Part shown: positions 38,071 through 51,838 of the stretch, in pieces | Numbering within the stretch: the stretch's first letter is position 1 | Layout: each line of letters begins with the position of its first letter | Assembly (NCBI RefSeq): GCF_006345805.1 | Contig: NC_042997.1 | Location: 9,982,001-10,046,000, forward strand | Direction: 5' to 3' | From: Octopus sinensis | Lineage: Eukaryota | Length of the DNA: 64,000 nt | Position numbers and translations under genes: made by a program | The notes under the pieces: generated by a model | The model's database searches: none | Seen by the model: the letters and a program-made list of their open reading frames with translations, nothing else | What the model was told of the DNA's origin: nothing

Positions 38071-39673
38071 ATTTTTATTATGTATGTATGTATGTATGTA
38101 TGTATGTAGGTAGGTAGGTAGGTAGGTAGGTAGGTAGGTAGGTAGGTAGGTAGGTAAGTAGGTAGGTAGGTAGGTAGGTAGGTAGGTAGGTAGGTAGGTA
38201 GGTAGGTAGGTAGGTAGGTAGGTAGGTATACACGTTTGCGCCTGTATAATATTTTGGTGTCATAGAAATTCTATATTATGTCATTGTAAAATTGAACATC
38301 AGATCGAAATTTCACAACAAATCCACAGAGCTACTGAAGACGAAAAAATTGGTGCTTCTTAAACATACGACCTTTTATACTAGATTCATCCTCGAAATGT
38401 TTGTTTCACTTGATAGAAATACCAGATAAATCTCACCAGAATAGCATAACATTTTGCATGATTTAATATGTGTTATATTGGATGGTCAGGTCTGGAGTTT
38501 GATCTGTGTTTATTTGCTTCTAAATATTAACATGAACGTATGATGCCGTCAGAATTTGTTTCGTCACCACAAAGTATTCTTTAGAAAAGTAGCCTTATTA
38601 GCTTTAGTAGTTTCATAATCATATTTGCGGGTTTAATTCTCGGAATACATTGTATCGAGTTAACTATCAACCATAAATCTAATCATGGCGCATGTTTAGC
38701 AATACCAGTTGGAGGGAGAATTCTCTGAACAGCACAATGTTGAAAAATTCAAATAGACAGACTAGTATTGTTCCAATATGAGAGTTGTGTAGCGACGTCA
38801 TTAAGACTAGTCACATTTTAGCTAACACTTGCAAAGTGTGTTGTTTTAATCAGGGACTAGAAGTTTGTAATGCATGATTATATTTTGTTTTTCTGCTCTT
38901 TACTTTTATTTTCTTGCTCGCATGGCTTCTTATCAAAAGGAAATGGGACTAACTCTTTGCTTTTGTCTCTTTGTTCAGCCAGTAGCCCATGTCTCAGGTA
39001 TTATTTTTTTCGCATTTCGCTCTTCTTTCATAGGAATAAAATTCTACTTTAGCCCATCCACAACAGAATTACTTCCAGTGACTTAATTTATTTTCTTGCT
39101 ATGGCTATTATCTATTTGCGCATATCTCTTACACGACACACATTATTCTATTCACATGGAAACATAAACATGAAAATATATACGTATATTCTGCATACTA
39201 TTTCTACAATGTATGCTATTTAATTCACATGTTGACGTGCGATTTCGCAAATACATATGATGTAAAACTTGCTTTGATGTAATAAATTGCTATCTAAATT
39301 TTTTTCAAGTTTCAGTTCTCTGTTTAACTTATATTCACAGTCTCGCACTAAAGAATTACTATAGCGTTAACATATCAGGAAGATCCATAGAGAAATAGTT
39401 TATCTATTTGTAAATAGGAAAAGAAAGAAATCGTACAAACAATATCTGTTATTTGTCATATATATGAACTAAGCCGATAGACATTTATATATAATTGTGT
39501 ACTTGTGAATTCGGCAAGAGATAAATACTAGCGTGTATCTATTCGATAATCGTGCAATGCACGAAACAATTTCACTCGGTGGATTATACTTTCTCCATAT
39601 CAAATAAATGGTTATAATGCTAACACACACTAATATACACACGCACATGAATGTATATATTTGAATGCAGATA

Positions 39674-39719
<46 letters not shown>

Positions 39720-39799
39720 TATATATATATTATATTATAATATATATATATAATATTATATTATATTATATATATGTGTCTGTGTGTGTGTGTATGTAT

Positions 39800-39836
<37 letters not shown>

Positions 39837-39879
39837 CCTGCTGTGAGACTGAAGACGAAAGCTTGTGGTTTCAAGGCTA

Positions 39880-41300
39880 CACACAAAAAGACACACGCAC
39901 CCGTGCATGTATCCACATATACTCCCACAAACACCACACACATACAACACACATACATGCACATATACACACACATACTTCCACATAGATACATACATGC
40001 ACACACCCATGCACACATACATACACACAAACACCCACATACACCCACGCGCACAAACACATATGCGCGTACACACACGTGCACAAACGCACATATACAC
40101 ACGGACAAGAATGCACTGATACGTAACCCATACAACCTCACGCACACACAAACATACCTATATATACACAGACATAAACGTACACACGTACACATAACCA
40201 CATACACATACATACTCAACCACACGCGCATACACGCAACAAAATGCACACATAACCCGACACACATCTCCATGTTCACACACACATATACACAAACACG
40301 CACATACACATATGCACACACGCACATACCCATACACGCACATATACACACACACATACACACACGCACACACACATATATAAACGTACATACTCATAAG
40401 CACACTAGCACATGTACGCATATATACCTCCAACCCACACAATACCGATACAGACACGTACACAATTACATACACATGGGCAGAAACACACGCACATACA
40501 CGCAGGTACGCACATACACGCAGGTACGCACATACACGCAAGTACGCACATATACGCCTACACAAACCCCACACACAACCACACACACACGCATACACAA
40601 ATTCACATATACACACATACATACACACACAATATATACATATACGCACACATACACATACGCATACATATATAGACACATACACACACTCGCTCACACA
40701 CATACACACGCAAAAATGCACACGATTGCACACATGCCTAACACTCACAACCCCACGCATACACGTATATACGTTCGCATACGCACACACCCACACACAT
40801 ACACACGCATACATATACGCACACACATACACACGCACATACACATACACACGGACACAGACGCGCACATGCATACACTCGCAAAAAAACGCACCTATAC
40901 GCCCTACACAACCCTCATTCACACACACATGCACAAACACACATATACACGCATACACACATGCACACACACAAAATACACATGCACATACACAGACATG
41001 TACACACACATACACTCACACGAACACACATATATACACACGCATACACATATATACACACGCACACACATACACACACACACACGCAAATGAACCTCTT
41101 ATACACACACAGCACACACTCGACATGCATGTACACACACATGCGCACATACAAGCACACACGCGCACACATACACAGAGTAAAGTACAATTACTCTACA
41201 CACACAACCCCACGCGTACACACACACCTACACGTACACACACATACATACATACATACATGCATACATACATACACACACACTGCAAAAAAAGCACACA
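39880..41300. repeat. ~1.4-kb cryptic (CA/TACA/CGCA) low-complexity tract
   Basis: Strongly A/C-biased plus strand. Includes an 18-bp unit cgcacatacacgcaggta about 3 times (~40491-40550). Source of the long H/T and V/C ORFs. Confidence 0.95.
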
Positions 41301-41309
41301 CACATATAC

Positions 41310-42590
41310 TTCAAACTACCAGCATATTTCTACTAACCATTCTCCTACGCAGAAATGTAGGTGAACACACAACACGCTGCCACTCCTACCAAAATTCTTA
41401 CTATAAATTCTTCCTATGGCCTTAAACGATACTAAGCCCAACCACACACATACATAAACAGCTACAACCACGCACACACACACACATGCTATCATTACAC
41501 ACATACACACAGACCTGCGCGCACACATACCCACACATACACACATACCTCCTTCTCTTGCACTCTCCTGTTTTTGAAAGAACTTTTTCTTCCCTCATTC
41601 TGTACCAGTCATTTCATTATGTGACCGCGTGTGTATCGTTGGCGATTTTCTTTCTCCGTCTTCCCTTCTTTGGACTTTTTCTGTATCGCTGATGAAGAGC
41701 TCCGCTCGAAACTTGAAATCCTCTATGTTTTTCTAACCAGTATTTAATCGCCTTTATTCCTAAATCATGTGGAATATTGGTGTAGAGGCTTACCACATCA
41801 AAACTTAGTAAAACTACATTTGTTTCTGTTGTTATTCTAGAAAACAACACATTCTTCTTCAATGGAAAGAATTACATCCAAATTAGAGGCACGGCAATGG
41901 GAACGAGGTTTGCTCCCGTTTACGCCAACTCTGTAATGGGATACTTAGAACAACAACTCTACCAAGAGGTGGAGGTAAACTATGGCACTGGATTTAGAAA
42001 GTATATTTAAAAGGCATGGAAGAGATACCTTGACGACTGCTTCATAATCTGGACAGAATCTCTAAATACTCTGGAAGAGTTCAATATCCTCCTGAACAAC
42101 CTACACCCATCTCTCCAATTTACAAAGGAGATGAGTAGTACCAAATTACCATTCCTAGATATAATGGTAATTGAAAAAGACACCACCATCACCACAGATA
42201 TATACTATAAACACACAGACACACATCAATACCTAAATTTTAAGTCGTGCCATCCACCACATACAAAACGCAACATCCCATACTGCCTAGCCAGAAGAAT
42301 TTGTACCATTATAGAAGATGCAAATATCAGGAACAAACGCCTAACAGAACTAAGAGAATTTTTGCTCAAACAAAATAGCCATCTCTACTTATAGAAAATG
42401 ACATACAGCGGGCTATAAAAATACCCATACAACAACTTAGGACAACCCAAGGAAGAGGAAAACAAGAACAAGTCATACCATTCATAGTGACACACAACCC
42501 ATGTCACCAGAATATCTTCAACATTGCCAAAGCAAACCTACCAATCATTGCCCAAAGTAATGAATTAAAAGACATAATCACGGATCGAGC
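41310..42590 (+). mobile_element. Penelope-like element 2, rearranged: pLTR-like segment, inverted RT piece, forward RT, 3' truncated
   Basis: Minus-strand SFDVVSLYTNIPH..IKYWLEKH (41720-41840). Plus-strand ILENN..GTAMGT..KRYLDDCF..LPFLD..SCHPPHTKRNIP (41835-42590). Hammerhead core at 41689-41712. Ends in (TA)n. Confidence 0.85.
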
Positions 42591-42598
42591 TATATATA

Positions 42599-42631
<33 letters not shown>

Positions 42632-43403
42632 CGAGAAAGAAGCAACAAGAATGGATTGGTTTTTAGTACAATTGTTACATACAAAGACAGGCTTTATTAC
42701 AAGTTGCAAAAATTGCAGCAGATAAAAGTGTCCCGTACTCAGTTTTGCATGGAGAGCAATAAAATGGCAAATTACCTTATCATATAGCATGAAATGATTG
42801 TGGATTAATAATGGTTAAATACATCGTCTGTGAGTATGAAATTCCTCATCATACCACTGAAAATGTAAATCTTCACTATGGATTAATTCACCTTTTCTGT
42901 GAAGCTAATAAGTCTTTAAAAACCTGTGATAAGTCTGTGCATCATCCTCCTCATATCTCTGGAAATTTAAATCCACACTATGGATTGATTCATCTTCTCT
43001 TCGAAACTAATGAGCTTTTAAAAATCTGTGATAAGTCTGTGCATCATCATTAAGGAAATTTGGAAAACTGTTTACAACCTATATCTGCCTCTAATGGAAC
43101 TATCTCCGATATTTCATGAGTATAACCTCACCCACTAAGATGTCTAGAGAACTCAAATGTATTTTAGCTGATGAGTACGGGACACTTTTATCTGCTGCAA
43201 TTTTTGCAACTTGTAATAAAGCCTGTCTTTGTATGAAACAATTGTACTAAAAACCAATCCATTCTTGTTGCTTCTTTCTCGTTTATAATCACCCCACATT
43301 ACTGTATGGATAACACCATATAGTTTTTCTGGTGCATCTAAGTTAAGTACCACATTCAAGTAAATTCATTGGAAGTTACTTGAATCTTAATTGCTTTTAT
43401 ATA

Positions 43404-43434
<31 letters not shown>

Positions 43435-43849
43435 GACAGATAGATAGATAAAAATATTTTTACACCATGCACGGAATTTAGAAATAGGAGTTAAAATTCC
43501 TTTTCTATTACCATAAATATCTCCCAGATAGTAACATACTTTTACGTAGGCAAAAAGATTCATTATTTTTTTCTTTCTGCCTAAGTAAAAAAGTATGTTA
43601 CTATCTGGGAGATCTTTATGGTTGCAGAAAAAGAATTTTAATTTCGAAATTCGGTGCGTAGTGAAGCAATTAACTGACCCCTAATTATAATTATGTTTAT
43701 AATTATAGAATATTTGTATAATTCTACCTAAAAAAAGTCAACGTACCTATCTCCTTGGTAAAATTACTAATTATTAATTAATTAATTGATTAATTAATTA
43801 ATCAATTTTACCCTTTTATTATTGATATTATATATATAGATAGATAGAT

Positions 43850-45590
43850 ATAGTTGGGTTGTATAGGCCACCTCAAATACCGATATTGCGCTAAAACCAT
43901 GCTAAAACCATGAGTGAGATATTGTACAAACAGTACTGCTCTATTTTTAGCAATCCTGATATGGCTGATCTGAACTGTATTAGCGATGTTAATCCTCATC
44001 ACACTATATCATACATAACGGTTGGCACGTCTGATGTCTTAGCGCAAGTAAACGAAATCAAACACAGTTCAGCAGTAGGCGCTGATAATTCCCTGCTGAT
44101 GTCCTGAAGGTGTGCCTACACCAATTTGCATCTCCTCTTGTTAATCTGTGGAAGAACACGCTGGTTGCTGGTTATATTCCTGAGAATTTTCTCTCCTAGT
44201 CTGTTGCCCTAGCTTTCAAAAGGGAAACGAGTCCCTTGTAGTAAACTACTGGCCGATCTCGCTCACCTCTCATATCAAGGTATTTGAGAAGATCGTGAGA
44301 TCACGAATAACCCACTTTTTTGAAAGCAACAGACTGCTGAACCCCAACTAAAATGGGTTCCGTAATGGAAAGAACTACCTAACGCAGGTCTTGCATCAGT
44401 TTGGTGACATTTTGAGAGCTTTGGGAGAGGGCTCGAATACTGATGTCATCTACCTTGATTTTAGCAAATACTTTGAAAGAGTTCATCTTAAGATCCTCTT
44501 GAAAAAACACCTTGTAGTCGCAGGATTGAAATGAAGCCCAAACAAAGTCAGTAGTGGTATTCTACAAGGCACTGTGTTGGGGCCACCTCTTTTCTTCATC
44601 TATATAAATGACATTACTGACATCACCAAGCATAGTAACATAAGAATCATTGCAGATGATTTCAAGATTCAGAAGGTCATCAATGAAGTGGGTAACCGTG
44701 CAGGTCTTCAGTCAGATCTACTGGCTGTCATCCAACGAGCGGAAAAGAATAATATTCTGCTGAACGATGACAAATTTGAGTTAATCCAACTCGGAAAAGA
44801 GGATGCCCTGAAACCCCCATACTCCCTTCCTTCAAGCGAAACTCTTATGGCATCCAACAACATAAGAATCTTGGGAGTAATTGTGGACAGCATAAGCTGG
44901 ACCGCTCATATAAACAGCAAAGTTGACATGGCCCGCAGAATGTGTTCGTGGATTCTCTGAACATTCCAGTCGAGAGGTATCCACACCATTATTTTATCTT
45001 CTCTACTTTTGCCTGACCTCACCTTGAATACTGTTGTCCACTGTGGTCTCCCCACTCAAAACAAAAGATCGTGAAAATAGAAGCACTTCAAAGTTCAATT
45101 ACAAAAATATAGATGACATGACAGGCCTTGACTATTGGGATCGACTAGCGAAGCTGAAGCTTTATTCCCTCCAACGCCGCCGTGAGCGCTACATCATTTG
45201 CTTGATGTGGAAAATCTTCTATCAGCATTGTCCAAATGATGTTGGTATCGCCTTTAAGATACACCCAAGACTCGGATCCCGTGCTATCTGCCCAAAACAT
45301 AAATCATACTCGCATCACATAACGACAATACTGCACAATTATTTCACCTCAATCGGCGCCGCGCTCTTTAACATTGCACCAAAATACATTAAAGCAGAAA
45401 CAGACCCCATAAAGTTCAAGAAGTCTTTGGACAAACTCCTTCAAAAATCCCGGATAAACCTCCTACATATGGATATGTCTCCGCAGCCAATACCTCTCTC
45501 CTCGAGTGGGCTATGTTGTCCGATTCCTGATTTGAATGACTTTGCCAGGTGGTCTGAGCTAATACTGGCCGAATCCTATCAAAGTATCAA

Positions 45591-45598
<8 letters not shown>
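43850..45598 (+). mobile_element. CR1/L2-type LINE, 5'-truncated and decayed RT with 3' end
   Basis: VIYLDFSK, GPPLFFIYIND, IIADDFK (YADD equivalent), LEYCCPLWSP, LKLYSLQRRRER. Ends in a tandem 8-mer atcaaagt-atcaaagt, as CR1 tails typically do. Confidence 0.85.
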
Positions 45599-45662
<64 letters not shown>

Positions 45663-45860
45663 TATGTGTATGAGTATATATATAAACTTTGATACTTTGA
45701 TATATATATATATATATATATTTGTTTATGTGTATGAGTAGGAATGTGTATGTATTTATGTGTCTGTAAATGTTTATATATTTATGCATATGTGTATGTG
45801 TTTGTGTGTGTGCGTGCGTGTGTGTGTGTCCATCTTCTCTGCTCACTATTTCGGTGAGGT

Positions 45861-46335
45861 TAACTCCTGAATTTGTTGATGAGATCCACGCCATGATTGA
45901 TAATGATCCCTCTAAATTAATCAGGTCCATCGCCAGGCACATGTGAGTGGCTGAGTTTCTTATCAAGCAAGTAGTGCATGAAGATATTCGGTATTTTTCA
46001 TAAGAGAAAGGGCTAGTTTTTTTCCCTAGCTGTCCAGGACAAGAGGAAAGGCCGCGCTACAAAGCTTTTCAATAAACTCGAGCGTCCCCTCCAACCGAAC
46101 ATGTTTTGTTTTTTCTCAGAAAATTTCTGCTAGGTTCATATGGTGAACACATAGAACAAATGTTGGCTTGCCTTGTCCCCAAAACATGCACGGGCAGCGA
46201 TAAAAATCAAACATCCAGTCAAAATCATGGTGTTTAGAGTGATCACTAATGATGGTGACGTTATGCCACCATTCATCTTCCCACACGGTCTCACATTTAA
46301 AACGGAGGCCTATATCAAGTGCCTGGAGGAGGTAT
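45861..46335 (+). mobile_element. Internal fragment of a second maT-like transposase
   Basis: [26 protein letters not shown] and KHPVKIMVFRVITNDGDVMPPFIFPHG...EAYIKCLEEV, alignable by eye to KHPAQVMAFGVVASDGKKMP of the 132-1417 element. Truncated at (TA)n. Confidence 0.8.
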
Positions 46336-46337
46336 AT

Positions 46338-46369
<32 letters not shown>

Positions 46370-46599
46370 CAAGATAAGAAAATGGAGAAATACATCTAAA
46401 TCAAATATCCATTTTCTTATCTTGTATTAGTAATTTGTGGTAAATCATTTTACCTTTGCCCATATAATACAGTAAATGAATTGATTGCATCGCAATCCTT
46501 AACATTTATGTATTAACTTTGTTGGGTACTTCACTAGCAGTATATTGGATATATGTTATCCCATGGAGGGTTGCATTTACAACCCCTATCTCAATTTGT

Positions 46600-46650
<51 letters not shown>

Positions 46651-47234
46651 CATTCACGTATGTGTGTTTATACATGCATATCTATTTACGTGTTATATAT
46701 ATATATTTCGTTTTGGGATTTGGTTTGCAAGATTCTTTATATGAGTTCGTGTATTGAAGCATATTCTGTTGTGTCTGGGGAGAGTAATTTTCATTTTGTG
46801 CCTTATAATGTAACACACTCACCGGCAAAATTTCCACTTATTTCTTAGTTTTATTTTTTTTTAATTTTCGTTGCGTCTTGCAACCTTTTCAATAGTCTTG
46901 AGTCTGCACGTTATTTACACTGCGCTCCTATTTGTTTGTTTGTGCGCATGTGTGTGGATCAATGTGTGTGTGTGCCTATGCATGCACGTATGTATGTGTA
47001 TGTATGTATGCATGTGTATGTATGTATATATGTGTGTATGCATATGTATATATTGTATGTATGTATGTGTATCTCTATATGCGTGGACCCATGTCTCCCT
47101 ATGTGTCCTCGTGTGGAGTAAAGTGTCTGTGTATATATGGTCATGTGTTTCAGTCTCCATTTCCGTATGTGTGCTTGTCTGTTCTTATAACCTATGTACC
47201 TATGTATATATATATATATAACATATACATATAC

Positions 47235-47292
<58 letters not shown>

Positions 47293-47298
47293 ATATAA

Positions 47299-50185
47299 TA
47301 AGAAAATAGTAAAGTGTGAAAAAACGACAGAAGGCTTAAATGTTAAAAAAATATATATATTTGTGTCAAAATGTCTGGAGAATATTGGAAAAATTTTTTT
47401 TCCCTTTCCTTAAAATGACATAATTTTAAAATTTTTAAAGAAATTACCGATTTCGCGTGTAGCTTTTCAAATTTCTTGTGACGTTATGTTTATATTGCAT
47501 GGAATTATCGTTGTTTTTATTTCCAGGAGATTTCTAATAAGGGGAGGTAGTGAGTGATTTTTTCCGGTGTAGGGGAGATAATCGTTTAAAAATTTTTTTT
47601 CCCTTTTCCTTGTTAATTTCTCTGTGTCAGTATGTTCGGATGGTGAGTCTGGTTTGTACTTTTCAATGAAGAATGTTCCTTGTTCAGTCTCATTGTGTTG
47701 ATGATCCGAAAGCACATTGGTAAAATGGAAGATTAAAAATGTGTGGCAGTAGTTGCTTTGCGCCTTTCTCAATGTGCTCACTAAAAGGTATCATTCTATA
47801 TTCTGGGAATGCAATCTGTTGTCGATGCAGTGTGCATCTGCGCCTGAGTGATAGTCCCGTGGAACCCACGTAGTCTTGGTGGCAGCCCGAGCATTTAATA
47901 ACATAAATTATGTTTTCAGAGGCACAAGTAAAGTTAGATTTGATCTTAAATTTCTGTCCCTCTTTAAAGAAGAATCTGATCCTTCCAATAGGTTAGGACA
48001 TGTTGCACAGTTCGATCTACCACATTTTTTTACTTTTGCATCCGTAATTTTAGAAGACAATTTTGCCTTTGTGGAATCTTTTTAAGTGATTTAGGCTGTT
48101 TGTAGCTTTTAATGATTTGGTGTATGTTTAGAATTTCCTTTATTTTGGGTTTTTATGAAGTATTGGTAAATTCTGGGTGATGATGGTGAAGGCTTCTTTG
48201 TTTCTGGGGTTGTATGTAGATATGTAAGGTAGTATTTTCGGGGAAGGTGTGTTGTTGTGTTGAACTTTTCTTAAAGTTTCTATGTTGATTTCTGTTGCAC
48301 GTCTGATCCCATCCTCTATGAGTTGAGCTGGGTAATGTCTGTCAATTAGGGTGTTTTTGAGTTCTTGCAGTCTAAAGTTCCTGGTATTTTGTTCTGACAC
48401 TATTGTGCATATCCTTCTTGCAAGGTTTGAGGGGATGTTTGTTTTAGTGTGTCTTGGGTGGCATGAATTAAAAAGAAGGTATTGTTTGGCGTCTGTGGCT
48501 TTGTAAAAAATGTCTGTTTCTATTTTAAGGTTAATTTTTTTAATTAGTATATCCAAGAACGTCTAGGAATCGTTTCCAATTCTCTTTTATGTATTGAGAG
48601 AGGGAGTTCCAAAGATTGATAGAGATTCCTGGTAAATGATTATTTCCATGTATCCCATTGTTAAGTTCGCAATGATGGTGTGCTGCCCTTGTACCCATAG
48701 CAATTCCGGATTTTTGACGTTAAAATGTATTGTCAAACATGAAGTGGTTATTGTGTAGGATGAATTCAACTGATTTAGTAATGAATTCCTTACTGATCCT
48801 TTTTGGTATTTCTTCCGGAAATTGGTCTAACCAGAATTGTATTGCCGCCAGTCCATAATTATGAGGTATACTGGTATACAAGTTGACTACATCAAATGAA
48901 ACCAGGATCGTTTCTTCCTTGGTTTTTTTGGAAGGTGGTTTAACATATCTAAGTCATCTCTGATATGGCTATCGATATGTTTAAGGAAGGGTTTCAAGAG
49001 GATGTCCATAAGTAGACTTAGTCTGTGTGTTTCACAGGTTGGGCCAGCTACAATGGGTCGTAGTTTTAGGTCCCCCGGATTAGGTGTGTGTGTATGTATG
49101 TCTTTGGTGATTTTTTAATGGTTTCATTTATAATTTGACTTTTATGAATTTTTGGCAGACCATAGAAAAGGCTAGGTTTGCATTTAAAGTTTGTTAGGAA
49201 ATCAATCTCTTTGGTCGTCAGTTCCTTTTCATGGGTTTTAATTAGTGAAGATAGAGTTTTCATTATTTTTGTGGGGTGTAGTTGGTAATTTTTTCATAAT
49301 ATAGGTCTTCATCAAGCAAGGAAATTACAAGATTTCTGTAGTATGATGTATCCATTATTACAACTGCATTTCCCTTGTCCGCTTCCTTAATGTTATATCT
49401 TCATCATTTTGGAGTTCTATCAGTTCTTTCCATTGTGTAGTGTTAAAATTTGGGTTAGCTTTCTGTTTATGTATAGTATGGTAGGGGAAGTTCTCAATGT
49501 GGTTACAGAATTCGTCAAGATCTTTATTTCTTCCTCTGTGTGGGATGTGTTCACTTTTGTTCTTGACTAGTGATTCATCTTCAGTATGAAACTGTTTGAT
49601 GCTTCTGCTAGTCTTAATTTTCTGCAAAATTCTGTTATATTATCCTTGAGTTCATTTAGGTTTGCTCTGCGTGGAGTTGGTGTAAATTTGAGCCCTTTTG
49701 CGAGGATGTCAATTTTTATGTTAGAAAGAGGTTTGGTTGAAAGATTGATTATCTTCGGTTTTTCCTTATTACTAGGTTCCAGCCTGTATCCTGGTGTCCC
49801 TGGTCCCTGGCTAAAATATGTTGGGTGTAATTTTGTTTGTATGAGTTGTCTGTGAGGTTGTGTGGTATTTGGTCGGGGGAGTGGTGGTATTGTTGCCTCC
49901 GATCGTTGTGTGTGTGTGGGAATCTATGGTTGTTAATGTTTGTGGTGTGTGTAAAATTTCTGTATGGGGAATATTTTTGTTTCGAACTTCTTGTATGTGG
50001 GATGTTGCTTGACATAGTGTTTCTTTGCGTTTGTCTTGTGTTTAGTGGGGACCAGTAGTTTTGGTTCATGGGGTAGTAGTGATTTGTGTGTGGTGTATTT
50101 CTTATCCTAGTGTCGTATTGTGCTGTATGGTGGTTGGGTCTGGTATTAGGATGTTGTTGGTTTGTTCTGTTTTTGGTGTTTTCTG
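47299..50185 (-). mobile_element. Penelope-like element 1, long minus-strand copy (N-terminal region, RT, GIY-YIG, 3' UTR)
   Basis: GLKFTPTP, EADKGNAVVIMD, FYGLPKIHK, SFDVVNLYTSIPH, GIAMGT, SCHPRHTK and GIY-YIG motifs. Several frameshifts and a ~116-bp deletion through the FLDD region. 3' end abuts (TA)n. Confidence 0.95.
47438..47477 (-). ncRNA. Identical candidate minimal hammerhead in the minus-strand PLE copy
   Basis: Exact reverse complement of 51839-51878. Confidence 0.6.
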
Positions 50186-50187
50186 TT

Positions 50188-51702
50188 ATGGACATCCTCT
50201 TGAAACCCTTCCTTAAACATATCGATAGCCATATCAGAGATGACTTAGATATGTTAAACCACCTTCCAAAAAAAACCAAGGAAGAAACGATCCTGGTTTC
50301 ATTTGATGTAGTCAACTTGTATACCAGTATACCTCATAATTATGGACTGGAGGCAATACAATTCTGGTTAGACCAATTTCCGGAAGAAATACCAAAAAGG
50401 ATCAGTAAGGAATTCATTACTAAATCAGTTGAATTCATCCTACACAATAACCACTTCATGTTTGACAATACATTTTACCGTCAAAAATCCGGAATTGCTA
50501 TGGGTACAAGGGCAGCACCAGTCATTGCGAACTTAACAATGGGATACATGGAAATAATCATTTACCAGGAATCTCTATCAATCTTTGGAAACTCCCTCTC
50601 TCAATACATAAAAGAGAATTGGAAACGATTCCTAGACGATTGTTTCATTCTCTGGAATGAAAACATAGATAAACTCCTAACATTTAAAAACCTATTGAAC
50701 AGCATAAACCCAAATATATAGTTCACAATGGAATACAACCAAAAGGAGCTCCCGTTCTTGGATATACTAATTAAAAAAATTAACCTTAAAATAGAAACAG
50801 ACATTTTTTACAAAGCCACAGACGCCAAACAATACCTTCTTTTTAATTCATGCCACCCAAGACACACTAAAACAAACATCCCCTTCAACCTTGCAAGAAG
50901 GATATGCACAATAGTGTCAGAACAAAATACCAGGAACTTTAGACTGCAAGAACTCAAAAACACCCTAATTGACAGACATTACCCAGCTCAACTCATAGAG
51001 GATGGGATCAGACGTGCAACAGAAATCAACATAGAAACTTTAAGAAAAGTTCAACACAACAACACACCTTCCCCGAAAATACTACCTTACATATCTACAT
51101 ACAACCCCAGAAACAAAGAAGCCTTCACCATCATCACCCAGAATTTACCAATACTTCATAAAAACCCAAAATTAAAGGAAATTCTAAACATACACCAAAT
51201 CATTAAAAGCTACAAACAGCCTAAATCACTTAAAAAGATTCTCACAAAGGCAAAATTGTCTTCTAAAATTACGGATGCAAAAGTAAAAAAATGTGGTAGA
51301 TCGAACTGTGCAACATGTCCTAACCTATTGGAAGGATCAGAATTCTTCTTTAAAGAGGGACAGAAATTTAAGATCAACTTTACTTGTGCCTCTGAAAACA
51401 TAATTTATGTTATTAAATGCTCGGGCTGCCACCAAGACTACGTGGGTTCCACGGGACTATCACTCAGGCGCAGATGCACACTGCATCGACAACAGATTGC
51501 ATTCCCAGAATATAGAATGATACCTTTTAGTGAGCACATTGAGAAATGCGCAAAGCAACTACTGCCACAATTTTTAATCTTCCCATTTTACCAATGTGCT
51601 TTCGGATCATCAACACAAATGAGACTGAACAAGGAAACATTCTTCATTGAAAAGTACAAACCCAGACTCAACCATCCGAACATACTGACACAGAGAAATT
51701 AA
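50188..51702 (+). pseudogene. PLE reverse transcriptase + GIY-YIG endonuclease, one in-frame stop
   Basis: ORFs 50086-50721 and 50728-51702 are in frame, separated only by TAG at 50719-50721. Motifs: KRFLDDCF, LPFLD, CGRSNCATC, NIIYVIKCSGC..YVGST..RR..H, E..FIEKYKP.LN. Confidence 0.92.
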
Positions 51703-51838
51703 CAAGGAAAAGGGAAAAAAAATTTTTAAACGATTATCTCCCCTACACCGGAAAAAATCACTCACTACCTCCCCTTATTTAGAAATCTCCTGGAAATAAA
51801 AACAACGATAATTCCATGCAATATAAACATAACGTCAC

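Noticed and set aside
39756-41425. Long ORFs (up to 439 aa) rich in H/T or V/C/Y
   Set aside because: Translations of CA/TA microsatellite with no domain content. The same applies to the YIYI, MYVC, poly-V/S and poly-L/Y ORFs throughout the window.
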